In this document: piece by piece, positions 50,686 to 57,953 of the stretch
Numbering within the stretch: the first letter of the stretch is position 1
How the letters are laid out: each line of letters starts with the position of its first letter
Assembly (NCBI GenBank): GCA_041480845.1
Contig: JBGPAU010000002.1
Coordinates: 1 to 57,953, forward strand
Direction: 5' to 3'
DNA from: Patescibacteria group bacterium
Lineage (GTDB): Bacteria; Patescibacteriota; Microgenomatia; UBA8517
DNA length: 57,953 bases
The notes under the pieces: model-generated
What the model was told of the DNA's origin: nothing
Database searches by the model: none
The model's input: the letters and a program-made list of their open reading frames with translations, nothing else
Position numbers and translations under genes: made by a program

Positions 50686-51356
50686 TTATCTAATATTTTA
50701 CCACCAATGATATTAATAACTCTTTTTTTATTTTTTTTGACAATTTCCAAGTTATGTGTTGCCATAATAATCGTCTTACCTTCTTTATTTATTTTTTCAA
50801 ACAGATCTATTAGCTTATCGGAAGTATCCCAATCGAGGTTTCCCGTTGGTTCATCCGCCAGAAGAATTTTTGGGTTAACCGCAAGAGCACGGGCCAAGGA
50901 AACCCTTTGGAGCTCCCCCCCGGAAAGTTGAGAGGGGAAAAGATTGGTTTGCCGGGAGAGCCCGGCAAGTTTTAATACATGCTCCACCCGGGAGTTCCAT
51001 TCGGCTTCCGGCAGTCCTATGACCGCAAGGGCAACGGCGACATTTTCGGCTATGGTGCGTTCCGGAAGAACCTTGAAATCCTGAAAAACAGTTCCGATTT
51101 TTTGGCGGTAATGGGGCAGGTCTTTACTTCCCAGCGTAGCCACTTTAAATCCATCGACAGTTACCTCCCCTGCGTCGGCGGTAAGACCACCCAATATCAA
51201 TTTTAAAATTGTGGTTTTACCGGCACCGGAAGGGCCTGTTATAAAAACAAATTCGCCCTTTTTTACATCAAAGGAAATATCGCTTAATGCCACGAGTGTT
51301 CCAAATTTTTTGGTAACACCCTTAAAATGAACAATCCCGTTTTCTTCAGCGGCCAT
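50682..51356 (-). CDS. ftsE: Cell-division ATP-binding protein FtsE
   Basis: Contains GPSGAGKTT (Walker A), LSGGELQRVSLARAL (signature) and LLADEPTGNLD (Walker B). The ATG at 51356 is preferred over the TTG at 51398. Confidence 0.9.
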   Translation of the reverse strand: MAAEENGIVHFKGVTKKFGTLVALSDISFDVKKGEFVFITGPSGAGKTTILKLILGGLTADAGEVTVDGFKVATLGSKDLPHYRQKIGTVFQDFKVLPERTIAENVAVALAVIGLPEAEWNSRVEHVLKLAGLSRQTNLFPSQLSGGELQRVSLARALAVNPKILLADEPTGNLDWDTSDKLIDLFEKINKEGKTIIMATHNLEIVKKNKKRVINIIGGKILDK

Positions 51357-51418
51357 AAATAATGTTTGAAACAGTTCTAGAGTAGCAAGTGAAAACAAAG
51401 AAAGCCAGTATTAAACCC

Positions 51419-51859
51419 TTACGGAGCCACTTTTATCTTGGCTACATCCATTAGCCAGCCAACCTTCTTTGAAGCAAGGGTTTGGCCCCAAATCTGAACT
51501 TTTTTATCAACAAAATTGGTCAAATCAACAACACTTGATGTTAAATAAACACTTTTTGAAACTCCTCCCTCACGAACCAAATGATAAGTCCCCTCACCGT
51601 TAAGCCCACCCGACTGCAAAGTTCCCTCCGCAGTATCATATTTAATTTTAGGATCAAGTGCCCCGGCTTCGGTCGATGTTACTTTGGCCCCCGGTGCAGC
51701 CGCGGAATTACCTTTCGCCATACGCCCGGAAATCATCCAGGCAGTTCCAATTCCGATTAAAACTACCAAAAAGGCGCCGGCAATATAAGGCCACACCTTT
51801 TTAATTCCGCCTTTTGGAAGACTGTTAACTATCGGAGCGACCGGGCTTGGTGATTCCAT
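51419..51859 (-). CDS. Hypothetical membrane-anchored protein
   Basis: Single TM (WPYIAGAFLVVLIGIGTAWMI) followed by a ~100-aa extracytoplasmic domain. The ATG at 51859 is preferred over the TTG at 51901. Confidence 0.5.
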   Translation of the reverse strand: MESPSPVAPIVNSLPKGGIKKVWPYIAGAFLVVLIGIGTAWMISGRMAKGNSAAAPGAKVTSTEAGALDPKIKYDTAEGTLQSGGLNGEGTYHLVREGGVSKSVYLTSSVVDLTNFVDKKVQIWGQTLASKKVGWLMDVAKIKVAP

Positions 51860-51910
51860 ATCCTTAAGGACAATATAACACTTAAAAAAGTTAAAATGCA
51901 AATCGGGTAA

Positions 51911-52960
51911 CTAAAGCTTGAGTTCCGCGTCGATAAATTCATCAATTTCGCCGTCAAGTACTCCCTCGGTATTTCCGGTTTCAACGTCAGTTCTAAGATC
52001 TTTAACCATTTTATAAGGGTGAAGGACGTAAGATCGGATCTGGGTTCCCCAAGATGCCGGGCGGTAGTCCCCTTTTAACTCTTTTTTAACACCCTTGGCA
52101 ACTTCCTGCTGCCTTAACCAAAGCTTGCCGCGGAGAAGTTCCAGTGCGATTTTTCTATTTTGTTCCTGAAAACGCTCGGTAGAAGCCGTAATCACAATTC
52201 CCGTAGGAATGTGAGTAAGCCGTACCGCTGTTGCGACTTTATTTACATTCTGTCCACCATGTCCCCCTGCATGGATAAACTGCCAGTCAAGTTCCTCGTC
52301 TTTAATTTTAACATCCTTAAGATCGATATCTTCCAATTCCGGCATGACCTCCACAAGGGCAAAAGAAGTTTGACGAAGCTTATCCGCATTAAAGGGAGAC
52401 TGCCTGACAAGCCTGTGGGTGCCGGCTTCACCCTTCAGATATCCGTAGGCATAATGCCCAGCAGCCTTGAAAGTAACACTTTTTATGCCTGCCTCCTCAC
52501 CCGCAGTATAGTCCAGATTCTCTGTGGACCATCCCCTACGCTCACAAAAACGCAGGTACATGCGGTATAGCATGTTGGCCCAATCCATGGCTTCCGTGCC
52601 TCCCTGGCCCGCATGGATTGAAATTAGGGCATTTTTGGCATCATATTCGCCCGAAAGGTAAGATATAAGTTCAAGCTTGGCAAGCGTCTTTTCGGCACGC
52701 CTCACTTCAGCCTCATCCGGCACCTCTTTCAGTATTTCCAAAGTCTCGGAAAGATTGTTAATCTCCTCCACTTCTTTTTTGAGATCAGAAAGCTCCTGAG
52801 TTACAGCTCTGGCATTGGTTGGATCACTCCAAAGAGTAGGCTCGGCGCTCTTTATTTCAAGCTCTCCAATTTTTTTCTTTTTATCGGCGGGCTTAATAAC
52901 CTCGATAAGTTTACCCAAGCGCAGTTTAAGCTCGTTGATTTTTTGTTTGATATCCTGCAT
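51911..52960 (-). CDS. prfB: Peptide chain release factor 2, encoded without a programmed frameshift
   Basis: Contains RQSPFNA (SPF tripeptide), GGHGGQNVNKV (GGQ) and GQGGTEAMDW. The frame is continuous from the ATG at 52960 (the track start at 52978 is TTG). Confidence 0.9.
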   Translation of the reverse strand: MQDIKQKINELKLRLGKLIEVIKPADKKKKIGELEIKSAEPTLWSDPTNARAVTQELSDLKKEVEEINNLSETLEILKEVPDEAEVRRAEKTLAKLELISYLSGEYDAKNALISIHAGQGGTEAMDWANMLYRMYLRFCERRGWSTENLDYTAGEEAGIKSVTFKAAGHYAYGYLKGEAGTHRLVRQSPFNADKLRQTSFALVEVMPELEDIDLKDVKIKDEELDWQFIHAGGHGGQNVNKVATAVRLTHIPTGIVITASTERFQEQNRKIALELLRGKLWLRQQEVAKGVKKELKGDYRPASWGTQIRSYVLHPYKMVKDLRTDVETGNTEGVLDGEIDEFIDAELKL

Positions 52961-52968
52961 ACATCTGA

Positions 52969-52977
52969 AGTATATCA
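52969..52977 (-). promoter_or_regulatory. Extended -10 box TGATATACT, 8 nt before the prfB ATG at 52960
   Basis: Minus-strand TGnTAnnnT match. The identical 9-mer sits before galU. Confidence 0.4.
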
Positions 52978-53002
52978 AAAGGCAGGAAAAACGGGGATCA
53001 AT

Positions 53003-53464
53003 CTATGGCTGGCAGAAGATTGTTTTAACTTTTTTGATATCTGCGGGGTTAAGACTTTGAAGAAGATCGATAGCACCGGTAACGGTAGCATTTTCTTTGG
53101 CAAACGATGACGGAACTTGATCCTTAATCCCCAAAACCTGAATCAGTTTATTTCTTCCGGCGTCCAAGGCCAGAGAAATCGGAGCCGGGGCATTCTTCCA
53201 GCCCAAGATCCCGGTTAGCACCGTTCGTCCCCCGATTATCAAAAATCCTTCCAGAATAAGCGCGAGTAAAAACCCAAAGAAAATTCCGAAAAGAGCGCCT
53301 TTGACAGACCAGTCAAAAAAGTGACGGCGGAATTGGGCCAGAACTAAAACTAGAATAAAGATTAAAAAAACTATCACGGCGGCTTGAATATAAGAAACAG
53401 GAAAAGAAATCTTCCCGATATTTATATCAAACTTTCCAACAAACACCTTTAGGATGTTACCCAT
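53003..53464 (-). CDS. Hypothetical membrane protein (2-3 TM)
   Basis: 153 aa with hydrophobic segments AAVIVFLIFILVLVLA and ALFGIFFGFLLALILEGFLII. No family recognised. Confidence 0.5.
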   Translation of the reverse strand: MGNILKVFVGKFDINIGKISFPVSYIQAAVIVFLIFILVLVLAQFRRHFFDWSVKGALFGIFFGFLLALILEGFLIIGGRTVLTGILGWKNAPAPISLALDAGRNKLIQVLGIKDQVPSSFAKENATVTGAIDLLQSLNPADIKKVKTIFCQP

Positions 53465-53472
53465 GATAATTT

Positions 53473-53481
53473 ATTGTAGCA
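53473..53481 (-). promoter_or_regulatory. Extended -10 box TGCTACAAT, 8 nt before the ATG at 53464
   Basis: Minus-strand TGnTAnnnT match in the 25-nt gap. Confidence 0.4.
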
Positions 53482-53489
53482 CAGGCAAA

Positions 53490-54191
53490 TTAGGGAGTGG
53501 CCGTTGGGGTTGGGGTAGGCGAGGTAGAAGGTGTGGGAGTCACAGACGGCTTGGGTGTAGCAGAAGGTTTAGCGGTTGCGCCTTTCCTCAAACCTGTCGT
53601 AATCACTGCATCGTAAGCCGTGGATGCTGAGGTTGTTGTGGTTACACTTTGATAAATCGTATTAAGTTTGGTCGTAATCTCCGTAACGATAGCACCCGAA
53701 AGCGAGCCTGCAAAACTAACTTGGGTAACGGTTAAATTTTGTTGTGCAGAATTGCCTATAGAAATATTTGTGTAACCCAACCCTTTGAGCTGAGTTTGAA
53801 GATAGGCAGCCTCGCCGTTTATACCGGTTCCGTTCTGAACCTGAATCTTTACTTTTGTTTTATCGGCTGCCACCGGAGTGGCGCTGGCAACAGGTGTGGA
53901 AACGGTTTCATTCGGAGAAGTAGTATTCAAATTTTCAAAAGGAGTCGGTTCGCCCAGATTTTCTGTATTTTTATTGCTTGCACTTTTATAAATAACAAAT
54001 CCTAAAATTCCGACCAAAATAAGTACTCCGACGATCAAAAGAGTTTTAGCACTACCCGATTTTTTTGGTTCACCGACTGTAGGAAAAGAAACTCCGCTTG
54101 AGGGAGGGGAAACGGTTTCTTGGGGGGCTTCTTGAGTTTGTACTTCCTGGTTTTGATCCTCTTCCATATTCGTGTCGCAGTATAAACGCAT
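53490..54191 (-). CDS. LytR_C-domain membrane-anchored protein with Pro/Thr-rich C-terminal tail
   Basis: Has a TM (LLIVGVLILVGILGFVIY), then KVKIQVQNGTGINGEAAYLQTQLKGLGYTNISIGNS (LytR_C-like), and a tail KPSATPKPSVTPTPSTSPTPTPTATP. An alternative ATG lies at 54167. Confidence 0.65.
   Translation of the reverse strand: MRLYCDTNMEEDQNQEVQTQEAPQETVSPPSSGVSFPTVGEPKKSGSAKTLLIVGVLILVGILGFVIYKSASNKNTENLGEPTPFENLNTTSPNETVSTPVASATPVAADKTKVKIQVQNGTGINGEAAYLQTQLKGLGYTNISIGNSAQQNLTVTQVSFAGSLSGAIVTEITTKLNTIYQSVTTTTSASTAYDAVITTGLRKGATAKPSATPKPSVTPTPSTSPTPTPTATP
53493..53582 (-). repeat. Low-complexity Pro/Thr/Ser-rich C-terminal tail coding tract
   Basis: Encodes GATAKPSATPKPSVTPTPSTSPTPTPTATP at the C-terminus of the LytR_C protein. 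Confidence 0.75.
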
Positions 54192-54194
54192 AAA

Positions 54195-55298
54195 TTACTT
54201 TCTGTCAAGTGCTTCCCGAAGTTTTTCCGTAAGTATCCCGTAAAAACGCAGATTATGAATGGTCGCAAGGCGTCCCGCAGTAAAATCTTCTATCCGGAAC
54301 AGATGGGCAAGGTATGCTTTTGAATACTTTGTACAAAGAAGGCAGTCGCATGCCGCACTCACCGGAGTTTTATCCGAAAAGTATTTTTGCTTTTCCGGAT
54401 TGTAAAATGAATAAAAGTTAGGCTTCATTATATTGATTTCATCAATCGACTCGGCGTCGTAAACGTAAAGCCTTCCATGCCGTGCGTCACGGGTGGGCAG
54501 CACACAATCAAAAATGTTGTATCCAAGGCCTGCGCAGGCGACAAGGTCATCGGGTTTGCCTACTCCAAGTCCATAAAGAAAATAATTTTCGGGAGAATTT
54601 TGGGCTATTGTTTTTGCCGAATCCAAATCAAATTTTCCCTCATCGGTGATGGGCCAGCCTCCGTAACCAAATCCGTCAAAACCGATTTTGGCAAGTTCCC
54701 GGGCACAATATTTTCTCAAATCCTGAAACTTCCCTCCCTGAACAACACCCAAAATATATGGCTTTTCACTTTTCGCAAGGGTCCGTTCTTTGCAGATACG
54801 TTCAAACTCCGCCTTAGATCTTTTGGCCCAACTAATCGTCCTTTCAACCGAAATTTTCGCCTCAGCCTTGCCGGCTTTGGGATCTGTAAAATCATCAAGA
54901 ACAATAACCATATCGGTCTTTAATTCAAACTGAAATTGAATTGATTTTTCCGGAGTCAGAATAACTTTTTCATTTTTCGAGGGATAAAAGACAACCCCCT
55001 CGTCAATTATTTTTCCTTTCATGACACCGGATTTGATCACTGACATCACCTGGAATCCTCCCGAATCGGAAATTATTCCTCCTTTCCAATTCATAAAATT
55101 GCCTATACCTCCAAATTTTTCCATGACATCTTCCCCAAGTTCCCGCCAAAGATGAAAAGTATTTACCAAAATTCCGGAAGTTTTTGTAGATTCAAGATCT
55201 GAAGTATCAAGGCAACGGACAACTGCCCGAGTAGCATCGGGAAAAAATACGGGCAGAGGGATGTTTCCGCTTCGGGATTTAAAAAATTTCCGCGTCAT
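54195..55298 (-). CDS. tgt: tRNA-guanine transglycosylase (queuine tRNA-ribosyltransferase family), divergent
   Basis: 367 aa. Contains DSGGFQV, GLGVGKPDD, DCVLPTR and CDCLLCTKYSKAYLAHL (CxCxxC...H zinc site). Confidence 0.8.
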   Translation of the reverse strand: MTRKFFKSRSGNIPLPVFFPDATRAVVRCLDTSDLESTKTSGILVNTFHLWRELGEDVMEKFGGIGNFMNWKGGIISDSGGFQVMSVIKSGVMKGKIIDEGVVFYPSKNEKVILTPEKSIQFQFELKTDMVIVLDDFTDPKAGKAEAKISVERTISWAKRSKAEFERICKERTLAKSEKPYILGVVQGGKFQDLRKYCARELAKIGFDGFGYGGWPITDEGKFDLDSAKTIAQNSPENYFLYGLGVGKPDDLVACAGLGYNIFDCVLPTRDARHGRLYVYDAESIDEINIMKPNFYSFYNPEKQKYFSDKTPVSAACDCLLCTKYSKAYLAHLFRIEDFTAGRLATIHNLRFYGILTEKLREALDRK

Positions 55299-55304
55299 AT
55301 GGAA

Positions 55305-55310
55305 AGTCTA
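55305..55310 (-). promoter_or_regulatory. -10-like TAGACT, 6 nt before the tgt ATG at 55298
   Basis: TAnnnT match in the 27-nt gap. No TG extension. Confidence 0.3.
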
Positions 55311-55325
55311 CGGAAAAAGGCAGCT

Positions 55326-55883
55326 TCAAACAAACTTGTCGATTATATTTATAGATCCTGCACCTATATACGAAATTGTGACAAACTTAATCAACTTTCC
55401 CAGCCAAACTACAATAAGATACTTATAAATTGGGATTTTTGTTGCACCCGCAACAATTCCGGCTATGTCAAAAAGTGGATTTGGGACAGCAGCAAGAATA
55501 AAAAGGGTCCAAAGTCCATATTTTTCCATCCACTTTCTAATTTTTTGCACCCTTGGATTCTTTTCGACAATTTCACCCCCACCCGCTCCTGCCAGATAAC
55601 CCGTCAATTCCCCAATTGTAGCCCCCAAAGAAATTACTACCCCAACAATGAGGGGATTAAATACAGCACCTCCTATAAATGCGGTTAGAATTATCGGAAC
55701 CGGCAAAACTATAGTTGCATTTCCCAAAATGCTAAGTGTAAAAAGGCCCAAGTATCCATAACTTTGAAGACTTTCAAATTTATCCCGGAAAACAAAAACA
55801 AGAACCGAAATCGCGATCGCAAACAACAAACCGAAGACGGGCAAGTATTTCTTAAAAAAAAATTTAATAGTTACATTGTTCAT
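55326..55883 (-). CDS. DedA/VTT-domain membrane protein (YqaA-like)
   Basis: 185 aa. Contains [21 protein letters not shown] and [13 protein letters not shown], with 4-5 TM segments. Confidence 0.7.
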   Translation of the reverse strand: MNNVTIKFFFKKYLPVFGLLFAIAISVLVFVFRDKFESLQSYGYLGLFTLSILGNATIVLPVPIILTAFIGGAVFNPLIVGVVISLGATIGELTGYLAGAGGGEIVEKNPRVQKIRKWMEKYGLWTLFILAAVPNPLFDIAGIVAGATKIPIYKYLIVVWLGKLIKFVTISYIGAGSINIIDKFV

Positions 55884-56389
55884 TCAACACCTAAAAGCTC
55901 AACTTCAAAAACCAGAGCCGCTCCTCCCGGAATTACCCCGGGAATTCCCTGTGCACCATATCCCAAGGATGGAGGAATTGTAAGTTTTCTTTTTCCTCCA
56001 ACCTTCATACCGCCTACCCCCTGATCCCATCCTTGAATAACTTCACCCGCTCCCAAATTAAAACTGAACGGCGTTCCACGGTCATAGGAACTGTCAAATT
56101 TTGTTCCGTCCGCCAATGTTCCCACATAATTAACAGTAACTTTTTTACCGGCGGTAGCGATAGTTCCGGTTCCGACTTTTTCATCCAGAATAATCAATTT
56201 AGCTACTTCCATTGTTGGTTTTCCCGAACCTGTCGCGGTCGGTTCAATCGTAGCTTCAATTGTACCGGTTGGAAGAGGTGTTGCCAATAACTGTTTTTGC
56301 GAAGCACCTTTCCCGGAAAAAACGGCAATTCCTCCAATAACGATCACTATTACAAGAAAAATTGCTGCGAATAAATATTTTTTGTTCAT
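55880..56389 (-). CDS. FKBP-type peptidyl-prolyl cis-trans isomerase, membrane-anchored/secreted
   Basis: 169 aa with an N-terminal TM. Contains [57 protein letters not shown]...LVFEVELL. Confidence 0.9.
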   Translation of the reverse strand: MNKKYLFAAIFLVIVIVIGGIAVFSGKGASQKQLLATPLPTGTIEATIEPTATGSGKPTMEVAKLIILDEKVGTGTIATAGKKVTVNYVGTLADGTKFDSSYDRGTPFSFNLGAGEVIQGWDQGVGGMKVGGKRKLTIPPSLGYGAQGIPGVIPGGAALVFEVELLGVE

Positions 56390-56395
56390 TGGAAA

Positions 56396-56404
56396 ATTAT
56401 ATCA
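56396..56404 (-). promoter_or_regulatory. Extended -10 box TGATATAAT, 6 nt before the FKBP ATG at 56389
   Basis: Perfect TGnTATAAT on the minus strand in the 39-nt gap. Confidence 0.45.
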
Positions 56405-56428
56405 GATTTATTTCAAAAATAGGATGCC

Positions 56429-57953
56429 TCACAGGTTTTTTAGTCGAACGCAATGAGGATCAATCTCCTTACCCGGGCGGGGTATACATTTTTTAACAGG
56501 ATCAGTCAAAAAACCTCGAAGTGCAATATTTCCAGACAAATCCTTTATCTCAAAGACCAGCTTCAAATCGTGTTCTTTAATTTGCTGGTCAGAGATGGCT
56601 ATTGGATTTCCCACCAGAATTTGTTTGCGATACACATCTTCCTGCCAAAAAATTGGTCTAATTTCTATATTATCTAAAATATATTTTTCATCAAAGTTCA
56701 TCTGATTGTAATATCCTTGTACTAATCGTGGAGTAGATTGAGCCTGCATTTTTTGTGGGTCATATTTGGTATAAAAGGCCAAAAGAATATAAGTGGGGTA
56801 CTCTAACTCAGTGTTAACGACAACGTGTTGATCCTTATATTTTTCCAGCACGACTGAGAGCTCTCGGTATTGATATCCGAATTCGGATGATCGTTCGCGT
56901 GGCAGCAACACAAAATAGGAAGAATATAAAGAATAAAAAGACAAAGATAAGATAAGGCAAATTGTTATGATTTTAATTGGCTTTGATAATCTTTCGAGAA
57001 TATCGATAACACCCAATCCAATTACCAGAGATAAAGCCCAAAGTAAGGGGAGAACTCGAGAAGTATAAAACGGATCTCTCGTAACAGCAGCGGGTATGGG
57101 AGTAGTTATAATTGTAAAGATCAGTAACTTAAAGAGAAAGCTATTTCTTTTTTTCCATAAAACTACCATTCCAAAAAAGAAAGGGATTATCATCCATGAA
57201 TAGAAAACACTCGAATCAGGCATCGATCGGGACAGTTGAGAATCGGGGTTAAAAAAGAGGTTTCTTGGAGAAAAATAGGCTGAATATTGAGATAGAAACT
57301 CCCTGGCATAATAAATTTGTTCGCCCAGTACTACATTTTGATATTTGCCATATTGGCTATAAAATTCATGATTTAAGAAATTTTGTTGTGTATATCTTCT
57401 GGTTGCCCCACCTGTGTTTAATAGAAAAAGCTGTGGTAATTGAATAATGATAAATATAATTACTCCTAAAATTAAAATCCGTTTATTTTTCAAGAATGTA
57501 TTTCTTAACATGTAAATTATCCCCATTAAAAAAATAATTCCCATTACCCGTTCAGCCGCATAGGCATAGGCTGAAAGAGCAAAAAAGGCTGAAGTCGCAA
57601 TAAATAACCAAGGTTTCTTCTTAATGAAAAGTGCAAATAAAAATCCTATTAATACTATAAACAGCGCTAAATTATTCTCTATTGCCAACCGGGAAAAAAT
57701 AATTGACCACGGAGCAAAAGCCACTATTAGTGAAGTGGCCAATGCCAGTTTAATAGGGTGCGAATTTTGCGAGTAATATATAAGAAGATAGGTAATAATA
57801 ATTATAAACACGCCTACCAATACTGCTGGCAGACGGATACTAAAAATAGAAAGGCCCAGAAATTTAATGGGAATAATTGACAGGTACGTATACAAAGGAG
57901 AGGGGTAGGTACCAAAAGACCGTAAGAAAATTGGCAAAGATTTCCCCCATTCA
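56429..57953 (-). CDS. GT39/PMT-like polytopic membrane glycosyltransferase (GT-C), paralog A5; 5' end beyond the window
   Basis: The frame stays open to the window edge. The codons before the track's TTG start read EWGKSLPIFLRSFG, aligning with DEWGKLLPVHFKSYG of paralog A3. It also has PIPAAVTRDPFYTSRVLPLLW. Confidence 0.8.
   Translation of the reverse strand, partial: EWGKSLPIFLRSFGTYPSPLYTYLSIIPIKFLGLSIFSIRLPAVLVGVFIIIITYLLIYYSQNSHPIKLALATSLIVAFAPWSIIFSRLAIENNLALFIVLIGFLFALFIKKKPWLFIATSAFFALSAYAYAAERVMGIIFLMGIIYMLRNTFLKNKRILILGVIIFIIIQLPQLFLLNTGGATRRYTQQNFLNHEFYSQYGKYQNVVLGEQIYYAREFLSQYSAYFSPRNLFFNPDSQLSRSMPDSSVFYSWMIIPFFFGMVVLWKKRNSFLFKLLIFTIITTPIPAAVTRDPFYTSRVLPLLWALSLVIGLGVIDILERLSKPIKIITICLILSLSFYSLYSSYFVLLPRERSSEFGYQYRELSVVLEKYKDQHVVVNTELEYPTYILLAFYTKYDPQKMQAQSTPRLVQGYYNQMNFDEKYILDNIEIRPIFWQEDVYRKQILVGNPIAISDQQIKEHDLKLVFEIKDLSGNIALRGFLTDPVKKCIPRPGKEIDPHCVRLKNL

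Noticed and set aside
51357-51398. TTG-initiated N-terminal extensions in the ORF track: ftsE at 51398, the hypothetical gene at 51901, prfB at 52978, and an apparent start at 57937
   Set aside because: Downstream ATGs give N-termini that match family expectations and sit behind -10-like boxes. At 57937 the frame continues open to the window edge with conserved EWGKS residues, so that position is internal to the gene.
1-57953. Search for mobile elements, phage genes, defence systems, toxin-antitoxin pairs, CRISPR-Cas and rRNA/tRNA
   Set aside because: No ORF showed integrase, transposase, recombinase, nuclease-helicase, reverse transcriptase or Cas-like motifs. No long inverted or direct DNA repeats were seen. 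The paralogs are too diverged to be recent duplications.

Overview
This is an AT-rich, very gene-dense bacterial window. I call 55 CDS, 51 of them on the minus strand, and most gene junctions overlap by 1-30 nt. I recognised no rRNA, tRNA, CRISPR array, transposase or integrase. The gene content and compact layout resemble a Candidate Phyla Radiation/Patescibacteria (Microgenomates-like) genome, but that is inference only.

The dominant feature is a very large envelope-glycosylation island:
- 17 polytopic GT-C-like membrane proteins in at least five paralog groups, totalling about 26 kb (about 45% of the window).
- 10 GT2 genes. Three are of the polyprenyl-phosphate-sugar synthase type, one of those is fused to GtrA, and one other is a double-GT2 fusion.
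- 2 GT4 genes, a Wzx/MOP flippase and a SAM methyltransferase.
- Sugar-nucleotide supply genes: rfbA, an rfbB-rfbC fusion, rfbD, galU and galE.

The region 43.6-56.4 kb carries envelope and housekeeping genes: a YkuK-like protein, a CAP-domain protein, VanZ, ftsE-ftsX with a coiled-coil M23 peptidase, prfB, a LytR_C protein, tgt, a DedA/YqaA-like protein and an FKBP isomerase. Another GT39-like copy then runs off the right edge.

The most notable observations are:
- The unprecedented density of GT-C paralogs, paired with three lipid-sugar donor modules.
- Pro/Thr-rich secreted proteins that are plausible O-glycosylation substrates.
- An M23 peptidase whose catalytic domain appears circularly permuted.
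- A recurrent promoter-proximal element TAAGCRAAGCTTG at three loci.
- A consistent pattern of extended -10 boxes 5-9 nt from start codons, suggesting leaderless mRNAs.

All functional calls come from reading the translations. No database search was run.
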